Shown one piece after another: positions 50,907 to 60,180 of a stretch of 60,180 nt of DNA. This DNA comes from a virus (taxonomy: Duplodnaviria > Caudoviricetes). Made by a program: the position numbers and the translations under genes. The stretch spans positions 1-60,180 of IMG/VR virus record IMGVR_UViG_3300033146_003163, one strand, 5' to 3'. Each line of letters opens with the position of its first letter. Within the stretch, counting starts at the first letter, position 1. The notes beneath the pieces are model-generated. The model searched no databases. It was not told the origin of the DNA and saw only the letters and a list, made by a program, of their open reading frames with translations.

Positions 50907-53100
50907 GGAGGTAAAGAAGGTTATCTCTTACTGTAAGGTGACTGGGTATGCTAGTGTTGACTTTGAAACTACTGGTAGCAACCCTAGAGACCCTAACTTT
51001 TACCCTACTATTATAGGGGTATCCTTCCAAGTAGGTAGTTCCTGGATTATACCTTTGGGACATTTTGATTCCCCCTTTGAGGATTGGAGGGAGGTCTTTG
51101 ACCTATTTGCCAGGGAGGTATGGGAGAACCCAGCTATAACTAAGTTTGCTTGGAATGCTATCTTTGAAACTAAGGTCTTCTTACACTACGGATATCATGT
51201 ACGGGGTAGATTGCTTGATGGGTTACTTGCTAAGTACTTACTGAATGAGGAAAGGCCTAATGACCTCAAGTCTATCACTGATCAGTTTTTACCCGATTTT
51301 GCTGGGTATGATTTACCGGGTCAGCCTGGTAAGAAAGCAAGTAAGGAAGCTATCTTTAACTTCTGGTCCAACGTAGAGTTAGAAGAGTTATCAGAATATT
51401 GTGGTCTTGACTGCGATAATACTTTTAGATTAACTTTACACTTTGAGAATAGACTGATTGATTTAGGGTTGTACCACTTACTCCGTAACCTTTATATGCC
51501 TCTGGTGAAAGTAATAGCAGAGTCTACCCTTGATGGGGTCCATATTGATAGGACTTATCTGAAGTGGTTAGATGGGTTCTTTGCTAAAAAGATAGCAGCT
51601 GTAGAGAAAACGCTATTTGATATCCCTGAAGTTGAAGAGTATAACGAGATCTTCGTAGAAGATAAGATCGAAGCATACATAGATGAGATTCAAGACGAGA
51701 TTGACTTTGATAATTTATCGAATAGCCAGATTGCTGCAAGAGAAGAGAAAATATCTAGGGTAGAGGCTGGAGAGCCCACAACAAAGAAGGAATTAAAACT
51801 TTTTGAAAACCTTAATTTTGGTTCTCCTAAACAACTGATAGGTTTATTATATGAATCGGAGGATGGGTTTGAGTTTCCAATATTAGGAAGGTCTAAGACA
51901 GGGGCCCCAGCAACAGATGAAACAACTCTGTTAAAGCTTAAGCCATACGATGAGAGCGGGTTTATTGATAAGCTCTTAGAGTTTAGGGGAATAAAGAAAC
52001 TATATTCCACCTATGTTAAGAATATCCTGGAAGAACAGCTAACCGATGAGGATAGGTTACACCCAAGCTTTCTTCCATTCGGGACAGTGACTGGGAGGTT
52101 AAGCAGTAGGAATCCCAATTTCCAGAATCTCCCAAGAGTAAAAGGAAAGGATTCTCTAGATTCTTATATAAAGAAATACATCATCCCACCTCCCGGATGT
52201 CTATTCTTGGAATCAGATGGGTCCCAGATGGAATTACGAGTTGCAGCAGAATTAGCCAGAGATAAGGCTATGATGGAGGTATACAATCAGGGTAAGAACA
52301 TCCACGTGCAGACTGCTTCACTAGTATTTGGTATCCCCTATGGGGACATTCAAAAAGCTAGAAAGGACCCTGACCATCCTCAACATGATGCAATGGTTAA
52401 GAAACACAAAGCAGCTAAGGTATTAAACTTCACAATCTTTTATGGGGCTGGTGCTAAGAAAGTAGCAGAGTTCTTAACAGAGAGGACTGGGGACTACCAT
52501 ACAAAGGAGGAGGCAGAGGAAATGATTGAGGACTGGTTTGCAGCTTTCCCTGATATTGGTAGGTGGATAAAAAGAATAAGGAAACAGGCTAAACGGGATG
52601 GTTATGTAACTAACATGTTTGGGTTTAAGAGACGGCTGCCAATCTTATTGGAAAATCCAAAACAACTGCAAGGAAAGGAATCTTATAGTTATGCAGAGGC
52701 AGAGAGGCAAGCTATCAACAGTATAATACAGGGCTCTGCTTCTATGATAACCTTATGGTTAGCGATTAAGGTATATGAAGCGGTACGTTTAGGTATACTA
52801 CCTGACTATCTAAAGTTGGTGATCACCGTACATGATTCAATTGAGTATACCCCAATTGTTAAAGATGCAGCCCGTGTAGTAAAGACCATCCAAGACATGG
52901 CTGTTGCATTACCCGAGATGGAAGACTATCTTGGGGCTACTATGAAGAACGTACCTATGAAATTCTCCTCTGAGATTGGGATTAATTGGGGAGTAATGCA
53001 GGAAGTAGAGCGGGATATGGATTATGCCCAGTTCTATATGGAACAGTGGGAAAAGTATAACCAGGCTGAATTCCCACACATAAATTATTTAAAAACTTAA
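50872..53100 (+). CDS. polA: Family A DNA polymerase with 3'-5' exonuclease
   Basis: VDFETTG, YCGLD, TGRLSSRNPNFQNLP, motif A DGSQMELR, motif B AKVLNFTIFYG, motif C TVHDS. Confidence 0.95.
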   Translation: MKSVYRICRSLEEVKKVISYCKVTGYASVDFETTGSNPRDPNFYPTIIGVSFQVGSSWIIPLGHFDSPFEDWREVFDLFAREVWENPAITKFAWNAIFETKVFLHYGYHVRGRLLDGLLAKYLLNEERPNDLKSITDQFLPDFAGYDLPGQPGKKASKEAIFNFWSNVELEELSEYCGLDCDNTFRLTLHFENRLIDLGLYHLLRNLYMPLVKVIAESTLDGVHIDRTYLKWLDGFFAKKIAAVEKTLFDIPEVEEYNEIFVEDKIEAYIDEIQDEIDFDNLSNSQIAAREEKISRVEAGEPTTKKELKLFENLNFGSPKQLIGLLYESEDGFEFPILGRSKTGAPATDETTLLKLKPYDESGFIDKLLEFRGIKKLYSTYVKNILEEQLTDEDRLHPSFLPFGTVTGRLSSRNPNFQNLPRVKGKDSLDSYIKKYIIPPPGCLFLESDGSQMELRVAAELARDKAMMEVYNQGKNIHVQTASLVFGIPYGDIQKARKDPDHPQHDAMVKKHKAAKVLNFTIFYGAGAKKVAEFLTERTGDYHTKEEAEEMIEDWFAAFPDIGRWIKRIRKQAKRDGYVTNMFGFKRRLPILLENPKQLQGKESYSYAEAERQAINSIIQGSASMITLWLAIKVYEAVRLGILPDYLKLVITVHDSIEYTPIVKDAARVVKTIQDMAVALPEMEDYLGATMKNVPMKFSSEIGINWGVMQEVERDMDYAQFYMEQWEKYNQAEFPHINYLKT

Positions 53101-53134
53101 GAGTGAAAATACTAAGCCCAGTGCTTTTATAATA
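53096..53134 (+). promoter_or_regulatory. Phage-specific promoter-like motif
   Basis: CTTAAG..AAAATACTAAGCCCAGTGCTTTTATAATA. Confidence 0.65.
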
Positions 53135-53154
53135 AACAAATAAAAATAGTTACA

Positions 53155-53388
53155 ATGAGTTACCCATTAAAATTTAGAAGGATCACAAGATCTGTACAAC
53201 CCCGGCTAAGGTCCAGACGGGAGTTCTTATCAACTGTTTCCGCTAACCTTAATACAGTTTGGGGAACAGATATGCTGGCAATGTCCATTGCTTCAGCCTC
53301 TGCCTCTAACGACTCAAGAAGAGTTAAGAACAGAAGGATAAGAAAACGTAAGTCTAATCACCAGAAAGTTATAAATAAAAAAGGATAG
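53155..53388 (+). CDS. Small very basic hypothetical protein
   Basis: 77 aa, Arg/Lys-rich, A-rich leader after a promoter motif. Confidence 0.5.
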   Translation: MSYPLKFRRITRSVQPRLRSRREFLSTVSANLNTVWGTDMLAMSIASASASNDSRRVKNRRIRKRKSNHQKVINKKG

Positions 53389-53391
53389 GAT

Positions 53392-54045
53392 ATGAAAAAA
53401 CCATTAAAAGTAGCATTCTCTGGCCCGAGTGGGTTAGGGAAAAGTACTCTCTGTAAATACATACAGGATGCTATTAGCCTGGAGTGGTTATCTACAAGTG
53501 CCGGGGATATTTTTACTGGGGCTGATGTTGCCCTATTAAAAGATAAGTATGGGTATTCCCAGTCCGGCCATAGGGATGTCATTAACCTGAGTGCCGATAA
53601 CCCTGAGTTTGGGTGGACATTCCAAAGGTTAATCCTAAACCGTAGAGCGGATCAGATCTTTACTCACAATGACTTTGTAATCGACCGATCCCCTATGGAT
53701 AATGTCGCCTATATGTTATCCCAAATCTCACACCAGGCTTCTGAAGATGATATAAAAGGGTTTATACAAACGGCCCAGATAGCTTACCAGGAGTTGACAC
53801 ATGTCATTCAGATTCGCCATTCTCCAGATATCCCCTCTATAGAGGACAACGGTAGTAGAATCCCCAATACTTACTTCCAAAAGTATATATCTGACGTATT
53901 TATGGGGGTTTACGCTAGATACTTTGCTAACCAACCGGGCCCAAGGGTCATCACAATCGATTTCTGGGATTTAACGGAAAGAAAAAGGGTAGTAAGGGAC
54001 TTCCTAAAGAACCCCCAAATGGAGATGGATTATGCGGGTTCCTAA
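53392..54045 (+). CDS. P-loop deoxynucleoside monophosphate kinase
   Basis: FSGPSGLGKST, FVIDRSPMDNVAY, IEDNGSR. Confidence 0.8.
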   Translation: MKKPLKVAFSGPSGLGKSTLCKYIQDAISLEWLSTSAGDIFTGADVALLKDKYGYSQSGHRDVINLSADNPEFGWTFQRLILNRRADQIFTHNDFVIDRSPMDNVAYMLSQISHQASEDDIKGFIQTAQIAYQELTHVIQIRHSPDIPSIEDNGSRIPNTYFQKYISDVFMGVYARYFANQPGPRVITIDFWDLTERKRVVRDFLKNPQMEMDYAGS

Positions 54046-54460
54046 GGGAGAGAAAATATCACTAAGGATAAACGGGGATCTAATTGTTCTCGATATTGCT
54101 AAAGAGTTTTCTTTAGAAGAGCGGGAGGTTAAGCCCCTTTCCAAGTACTTCGCTTACTTGGTTGGGTTAAAGGCTAGGCTATACCGTTTGCTAAAGGAAC
54201 GAGAGCTAGAGAAAGACAAATACTATTATACCCAGTTCCTTATAATTAAGGATGATGATACCTTAGATTACCCCAAGTCTAACGAGTGGGTAAAAGCTGA
54301 AATTATGGAGGACGAGAAGTACTTAGAATTACTTGAAATCTATAACCAGACTGAGATCAATTACAAAGTGATTGTAGATGTGGTAAAAGCATATGAAATA
54401 AAGATATCTATGGCAAGGGCCTTGATGTCTATGGAACGGACCGAAAAATATCTGAGTTAA
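54032..54460 (+). CDS. UvsY-like recombination mediator
   Basis: Coiled-coil, VKAEIMEDEKY; next to SSB and RecA. Confidence 0.55.
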   Translation: MRVPKGEKISLRINGDLIVLDIAKEFSLEEREVKPLSKYFAYLVGLKARLYRLLKERELEKDKYYYTQFLIIKDDDTLDYPKSNEWVKAEIMEDEKYLELLEIYNQTEINYKVIVDVVKAYEIKISMARALMSMERTEKYLS

Positions 54461-54494
54461 TCTCTGAGTTATTAATAAAAATCAATTAAACGCT

Positions 54495-55232
54495 ATGGCA
54501 AAGAAAAGTTTAAAAGAACGGCTAAAGAAACGCCGTCAGGAAATTAAGGAAAGGTCCTCAGGTTCTGGGAACATTTTCTTTATTAAGGCTGGTAAAACCC
54601 GGTTTAGGATTCTCCCCGTTGAAGACGAGGATGAGGATTTTTCCTTTGAAGCAACCCATTTTTATTTGGGTGGGACGATTAAAGGAGTCTTTTCAAGGGC
54701 TTCCTTGGGTGAAGATTGCCCGATTAAGGAGTTCTATGAAGAGTTAAAAGAATCGAGTGATCCCGGTGACAAAGAGAAAGCTAAAAAGTTTCCTCCTCGT
54801 AAGAAGTATTTAGTTCCCGCAATCGTTTATAAGGATGAGCGTGGTAGAGAGGTAGACACTGATCGTGGGGTATGTCTTGTTATGCTTCCATCCAGGACTT
54901 ACGGAGAAGTTATTGACAGTTATCTGGATCCCGACTTGGGAGATTTTACTGACCCTGAAGAAGGATATGACTTCAAAGTTACTCGAACAGGTACCGGTAA
55001 AATGGATACTGAGTATACCATTCAACCTATGAGGCCTACGCCTTTACCGAAAGAGTTTAGCAAACCCGTTAACCTTCACAAGATGATTGAAGCTGCCTTG
55101 CCCTCTCGTGAAAAAGTAGAGGAATACTTGGAACAGTGGAAAGAAATTATTGATGATGGGGAGGATGAGCCAAAAGAAAAGCCTCGTAAGAAAAAAGGTA
55201 AGAAAGCGAGGAAACACAGGGGAGACGCTTAG
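54495..55232 (+). CDS. Single-stranded DNA-binding protein (gp32-like)
   Basis: GKTRFRILP, THF, CPI, GDFTDPEEGYDFKVTRTG..TEY. Confidence 0.8.
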   Translation: MAKKSLKERLKKRRQEIKERSSGSGNIFFIKAGKTRFRILPVEDEDEDFSFEATHFYLGGTIKGVFSRASLGEDCPIKEFYEELKESSDPGDKEKAKKFPPRKKYLVPAIVYKDERGREVDTDRGVCLVMLPSRTYGEVIDSYLDPDLGDFTDPEEGYDFKVTRTGTGKMDTEYTIQPMRPTPLPKEFSKPVNLHKMIEAALPSREKVEEYLEQWKEIIDDGEDEPKEKPRKKKGKKARKHRGDA

Positions 55233-55254
55233 GCTATGGCTACAGCTTTTTCTG

Positions 55255-55292
55255 CTTGGGATGAGGGCAACACTAGTTGCCCTTGTCTTGAG
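55255..55292 (+). other. Long G-U-rich RNA hairpin in the SSB-recA leader
   Basis: CTTGGGATGAGGGCAAC-ACTA-GTTGCCCTTGTCTTGAG: 17 pairs including 5 G-U. Confidence 0.7.
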
Positions 55293-55340
55293 CCTTATCA
55301 CACGGAGTTTGCAAATGGATCAATCATAACAACAGAAACT

Positions 55341-56486
55341 ATGGCAAAAAAGAGACAAGTAAAACGGTTAAGTCCCAGTGATTTATCCGAGAAATATTTT
55401 GGGGCTGGTATCGTTGCTGATATAGCTATCCCAGATGAAGAAAAATTATACATTCCTACGAAGTCCCCCGTCCTTAACTACCAGTTGGGAGGGGGATTTA
55501 TGTATGGTAGAATAGCAGAGATTGCTGGCTACGAGTCATCAGGTAAAACTCTGATGGCTATCTCTGCAGCAGCTGCAGCCCAGGAGTTAGGTGGGGTAGC
55601 AATTATCGTGGATGCTGAAATGGCTTTCTCTGAGATCTGGGCTGAGAAGAATGGCTTGGACTTAGATAAAACTTTTATCTATCCAGAGAATACTTTGGAA
55701 AACATCTCGGACTTTGTGGTGGAGTCAGCCCTTGCATACAGGGCAGAGCTAACCAACAATGAGCCCATCCTATTAATCGTAGACTCTATTGCAGCTCTCG
55801 ATACTCTGGAGGCTATGATGACCTCCGAGCTTGATTCTAAAGCTGAGATGGGGATACGAGCTAAGGCCTTATATAAAATGCTGAGATTACGTAATAGGCT
55901 ATGGCACAGACTTGGTATCACAGTAATCTTTATCAACCAGCTAAGGGATACGATATCCACTGGCTTTGGCTCTCAGTTTAAGGATAGTAGAGCAACCCCT
56001 GGTGGAAGAGCAATGCCTTTTTATGCTACCCAACGAGTATACTTGGAGGTTAAGAAAACTTTGACTATCGGGGGTAAAAAGAATAAGAGAAAAGTTGGAG
56101 TAGAGGTTGCTGTTGAGATGAAGAAAAACAAGATCGCTATCCCCAAAGCCACTCGTAGAGTTAAGGTTATATTCCACCCAGACGGTGGGGATATTGGTTG
56201 GGATAAGTATGATGGTTTAATTGATATCCTTATCTATGAAGATGTCATAGTAAAAGAGGGAGGCCAATATAGATTCGATGATGAAGAACTCGGGTCTACT
56301 AAAGAGGATGCCTTAGAAGCTTTGATCGATGACCCAGAATTACTGGGAGATGCTTGCATAGAAGCTGGGATTATGACTGTAGAGGAAATGCAGAAAAGGC
56401 TAGACGATACTACGGACAACCTTTATGAGGTTACAGAGGACTTATTCCCTAAAAAAGGTAAAGGGGAGGATGATGACGATGAGTAA
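55341..56486 (+). CDS. recA: RecA/UvsX-like recombinase
   Basis: GGGFMYGRIAEIAGYESSGKT, VDAE, IVDSIAAL, FINQLR, TPGGRAMPFYA, KNKI; likely start MAKKRQ at 55341. Confidence 0.95.
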   Translation: MAKKRQVKRLSPSDLSEKYFGAGIVADIAIPDEEKLYIPTKSPVLNYQLGGGFMYGRIAEIAGYESSGKTLMAISAAAAAQELGGVAIIVDAEMAFSEIWAEKNGLDLDKTFIYPENTLENISDFVVESALAYRAELTNNEPILLIVDSIAALDTLEAMMTSELDSKAEMGIRAKALYKMLRLRNRLWHRLGITVIFINQLRDTISTGFGSQFKDSRATPGGRAMPFYATQRVYLEVKKTLTIGGKKNKRKVGVEVAVEMKKNKIAIPKATRRVKVIFHPDGGDIGWDKYDGLIDILIYEDVIVKEGGQYRFDDEELGSTKEDALEALIDDPELLGDACIEAGIMTVEEMQKRLDDTTDNLYEVTEDLFPKKGKGEDDDDE

Positions 56487-57372
56487 AGCAGAGAACGTAT
56501 TAATCATAGATGCCTTTAACCTGGCACATAGAGCCCAGCATAAGTTTAACCTGTCCACAGCCACGGGTACCCGGTCGGGAGTAGCTTATGGGTTTATTTA
56601 TATCCTAAGTTCTATGGTGAAAAGATTTAGCCCTAACCGAGTAATCACCGTGTTTGATGGAGGTAGGGCCCAGTTTAGGAAAGATTTATTACCTGACTAT
56701 AAAGCTAGGGAAAATACATTGGGGGATGAGAGAGAACATTTTATGTCCCAGATTAAAGACCTAGAGGAATACCTACCCTATCTGAATACCCACGTATACT
56801 ATGCTGATGGGGTAGAAGCAGATGATGCAATAGCTGCTATGGTTTTATCCTCTAGAGGAATAAACATAACTCTAGTCTCTAGCGATAAGGATTTTATCCC
56901 CTTACTAGGCCCCCGTTTTAAAATATTTAACCCCTTTAAGAATAAGCTCATATCCACTATCAACGTAAAGAAAGAGTATGGGTTTGATGAATCAGAATTC
57001 TTAGATTTCCTTATCTTGGATGGGGATAAGTCAGACCATATCCCCGGTGTATTTGGGCTGGGGCCTAAGAGAATCCGGGCATTCCTAGATACCTACGGGT
57101 CCATAGAAAATTTTCTGGATTCCAACGCGACGGGGCCGTTCGAAGATTACAGGGATGCGATAGAGGAAGTCTACATACGTAACAAACGGTTGATTGACCT
57201 ACGGTATTCTTCCCGAAAACTTTTTGGGGTTAAGAGGGGTAAGATTATAGTCTTCCAAGTAAGCACTGGTACGTTTGACCTAGATAAGCTGAAGCCTTTT
57301 CTCCATAAATACCAGTTAAACAAATTTAGGAGAGACGGTTTCCTTGATACCTTTAAAAACATAAGCCGATGA
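56479..57372 (+). CDS. 5'-3' exonuclease / flap endonuclease (T4 RNase H-like)
   Basis: IIDAFN, VFDGG, RKDLLPDYKA, EADD, SSDKDF, GDKSDHIPGVFGLGPK. Confidence 0.92.
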   Translation: MSKAENVLIIDAFNLAHRAQHKFNLSTATGTRSGVAYGFIYILSSMVKRFSPNRVITVFDGGRAQFRKDLLPDYKARENTLGDEREHFMSQIKDLEEYLPYLNTHVYYADGVEADDAIAAMVLSSRGINITLVSSDKDFIPLLGPRFKIFNPFKNKLISTINVKKEYGFDESEFLDFLILDGDKSDHIPGVFGLGPKRIRAFLDTYGSIENFLDSNATGPFEDYRDAIEEVYIRNKRLIDLRYSSRKLFGVKRGKIIVFQVSTGTFDLDKLKPFLHKYQLNKFRRDGFLDTFKNISR

Positions 57373-58316
57373 GGGGAATTATATTTTCAGATTTACACTT
57401 GCATACTTGGCCGCAGTTTAATGTAGATAACGTAAGGCTGCGGTTCCAATTAAGCGTACTCGAGAAAATGATGAAGTTAGGGTTTAAGAATGATGTCCCA
57501 GTATTTTTCGGTGGAGACTTTTTCCACCAGCCCGTTTCATTAGACAACGACCTTCTTTCTGTTGTCCTCCCCGAGTTACGTAGGATTTTAAACCAGTACC
57601 CAGCTAACCTTTATGCTATAACTGGAAACCATGATGTCTCTAAGATTAATAGTATAAAAAGAAGATCTCCTTCCTATATTAATACTCTGGCCAATACCTT
57701 TAAAAACTTTAAGGTAATAGACTTCGACCGGGTAGAGACTCTGGACTACGTTGTACATGGAGTCCCCTATATACATTTTAATGAGGGGTTAATGGATTAC
57801 ATAAATAGCATCGAATTATCCGATAAGTTTAATATCCTTTTATTACACACTGACTTTAGAGCCCAGCGAGATACCAATGGCATAGTAATAGGGAAAGGAG
57901 AGGGTATTAGTGAGAAAGATTTATCTAGATTTGATTTAGTAGTATCCGGGCATGTCCACAAGGCTGCACATTTAAGGAAAAACATCTATTCGATTGGAGC
58001 CCCTATGCAACAGAGGGTTTCGGATATGGGAGGTTCTTTTGGATACTGGATTATTACAAACGATCTGGGTTTAAAGTTTCGTAAATTAAAAGGACCAGAG
58101 TTTCGGTATTATACTAATGAAGAGGATATTACCGATGACTATAACTATTGGGTAAAAGAAAACATCTCTAGAGAAGAGAGTAGCCAAGAGGTAGAAGATT
58201 TCTTAGATTTATCCGATCGCAAACGTATTATAAGGAATTACTTGAAAGCCCAGGGGGTAGTAAGTAAAAGTAAAAGAAGTCTATTAATAAACCTAGTATC
58301 TGAGATCGATGAGTAA
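57369..58316 (+). CDS. SbcD/Mre11-like metallophosphoesterase nuclease
   Basis: SDLH, GGDFFH, GNHD, LLHTD, SGHVH. Confidence 0.9.
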   Translation: MRGIIFSDLHLHTWPQFNVDNVRLRFQLSVLEKMMKLGFKNDVPVFFGGDFFHQPVSLDNDLLSVVLPELRRILNQYPANLYAITGNHDVSKINSIKRRSPSYINTLANTFKNFKVIDFDRVETLDYVVHGVPYIHFNEGLMDYINSIELSDKFNILLLHTDFRAQRDTNGIVIGKGEGISEKDLSRFDLVVSGHVHKAAHLRKNIYSIGAPMQQRVSDMGGSFGYWIITNDLGLKFRKLKGPEFRYYTNEEDITDDYNYWVKENISREESSQEVEDFLDLSDRKRIIRNYLKAQGVVSKSKRSLLINLVSEIDE

Positions 58317-60047
58317 CACGGGAATAACTTTTAATACCCTTAAAATAGTAGGGTTTGGGAATATTATTGATTACACTGTATATAAGTTAAACGATCCAGG
58401 TCTAACAGTTATACGGGGTAGGAATGGAGCGGGTAAATCCACTATCTTTTCTGCTTTATCCTGGGTTTTATATGGTAAGCCCCTAAAGAGTGGGTCTACC
58501 ATAGAGACTTGGGAACACAAAAGACCTTCGGGTTGGGCAGGTACTATGGTTTCAGTAACTATGTATAGGGGTGAGACCAAGGTAAAACTGATTCGCTGTA
58601 AGGATTATAAAAGAAAGATTGGTACAGTTAAAGGAGGTAACAGGTTAATCGTAGAGGAGGCTGGAGTACCCTTAGACATCAAGGATAAAAGGGATATACA
58701 GAAATACATAGAAGCCTTGTTAGGCATGTCTCATAACCTTTTTACAACCTCTGTGATTTTTGCCCAAAAAGGTACCCGTTTTATAGAGTTACCTGGTCCT
58801 GATAAGAAGGCTATCTTAGAGGAGAGCTTTAAAATTGACTGGATTACCAAGGCCCAAGACCTAGCTAAGAGTAAGAGAAAGGCTTTAGATAAGCCCCTAG
58901 CCTTAGCCAATAAGGAAATGGAAGGATTAAATAAAGAGCTTGGGTCTTTGAAGGAAGTCTTGGATAGTGTAGAGGAATCTCGTAAGGATTTTGAAAAGCA
59001 AAAGGAAGAACGGATAAAAAAGATAAAGAAAGATCTGAAGGATAAAAAAGCTATAAAGGGGTACGAAGGACTAGATACCTTAGTTAAAGAGGAGGAGGAT
59101 TTAAAGAATAAACGGGACAACGCTAAGAATGCTCTCGATAAATTCAATAAGGAGAATAAGACTCTTGTAAATGACCTCGTAACCTACAACATAGAAGAGA
59201 CCCAACTCATAGCTTCTAAGACGAAGTTAGAGAAAGAGATTCTAGTACATAAGCAGGCTAAGGTTAAAACTTGTCCTACTTGTGGAGCTAGATTAAAGGG
59301 GAGTAAAGCTAAAGACTACCTCTCTGAGTTAGAGGAAAAACTGATTAAGGAAAGAGAAAAGCTCAAGAATGTTCAGGCTACCCTTAGGGATTTGGACCTT
59401 TTAGATATCCGTAAAGCCAAGCTAGTTAAAGAGTTTGACAAGAGCCAAGAGCTTTGGGAGGAAAAGAGTGGGGTCTTGGCTAAAGCTCGAGAAGAGAATG
59501 TAGCTTTCGAACAAGCCAAAGGAAGTATAAAGGAATTGGAAAAGGATTTAATAAGAGAAAAGGCCAAGGAGTTCAAAGACCCCAGTAAAAACGTTAAGGT
59601 TAGAGTATTCGAAATTGAAAAACAGAAGAAAGGGGTTTTAAAGACTATTAAGAGACACTCTAGGGCTATCTCACTATTAACCTGGTCTATAACAGGCCCT
59701 CTTTCAAACAATGGGATAAAGGCCTTTCTGTTCTCCAAACTCTTACAAAAACTAAACCTTAAGCTTAATCACTATTCTAAGTTTACTGGAGTAGGGATTG
59801 AGTTATTTATAGACATGGAGTCTTCTCGTAAAAACGTAGAAGCGATAGTCTATAAGGATGAAGCCCCTGTGGATTATCATGACTTATCCGGTTTGATGAG
59901 TTAGATATCTTTTTAGATCCAGAAAACTCTGCAACCCTTATGAGCTTGGTAGCGGATATTGCTGAAACCAAGAATACTTATTTAATAACCCATAACCCTA
60001 CTTTGGATGTACGTGGGGCTACCTATAAAACCGTAGAAGATGAGTAG
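58309..60047 (+). CDS. SbcC/Rad50-like ATPase, disrupted at ~59891
   Basis: GRNGAGKST, FAQ, coiled coils, CPTC hook; frame stops after LSG (59904) while Walker B FDE..LD and H-loop LITH lie in the -1 frame 59892-60047. Confidence 0.85.
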
Positions 60048-60180
60048 AATTAATTCTAGTAAAAAAGGTGGAAAAAATGAAAGAGATATAGCTAAGTTGT
60101 TTACTGCTTGGACGGGGGTGGAATTCGTAAGAGTCCCCCGGTCCGGCGGTTTACAGTGGAAATCTGGCTTATCTGTAACT
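60040..60180 (+). CDS. Holliday junction resolvase (Hjc/PD-(D/E)xK type), partial
   Basis: MSRINSSKKGGKNERDIAKLFTAWTGVEFVRVPRSGG; runs off the window end. Confidence 0.8.
   Translation, partial: MSRINSSKKGGKNERDIAKLFTAWTGVEFVRVPRSGGLQWKSGLSVT

Noticed and set aside
1-60180. Stop-codon reassignment, introns/inteins, tRNAs, integrase
   Set aside because: Genes are full-length in the standard code with TAA, TAG and TGA all used as stops; no intein, intron, cloverleaf or recombinase motifs were recognised
1-60180. Apparent scarcity of CG/GCGC as a footprint of cytosine modification
   Set aside because: Visual impression only; needs observed/expected k-mer counts, which I cannot run

Overview
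About 60 kb of a contractile-tailed (myovirus-type) dsDNA phage genome. It is most likely lytic and infects a Bacteroidota host, judged from TAnnTTTG promoter boxes, A-rich starts without Shine-Dalgarno sites and Bacteroidota-style lipoprotein signals. Layout: small leftward ORFs (341-2804); a divergent control region; a divergent C5 DNA methyltransferase; terminase, portal, protease and capsid; neck, sheath, tube, a -1 frameshifted tail chaperone, tape measure and baseplate; a 2965-aa collagen/knob fibre and other adhesin-like genes; then a sigma-like gene and a replication/recombination block (DnaB, primase, SF2 helicase, PolA, SSB, RecA, 5'-3' exonuclease, SbcD/SbcC, Hjc). The best candidate for a new system is a nucleotide-level cytosine-modification cluster around PolA. 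It contains a dCTPase, two tandem thymidylate-synthase-fold genes that both carry the dCMP-specifying Asp, a catalytically dead dCMP deaminase and a dNMP kinase. Also notable are a dispersed ~56-bp palindromic element (4 copies at module borders), a phage-specific promoter motif and a thioester-domain-like surface lipoprotein moron. Two apparent deletion junctions (~15540, ~59891) may be assembly artefacts. All calls come from motif reading by eye; no database searches were run.
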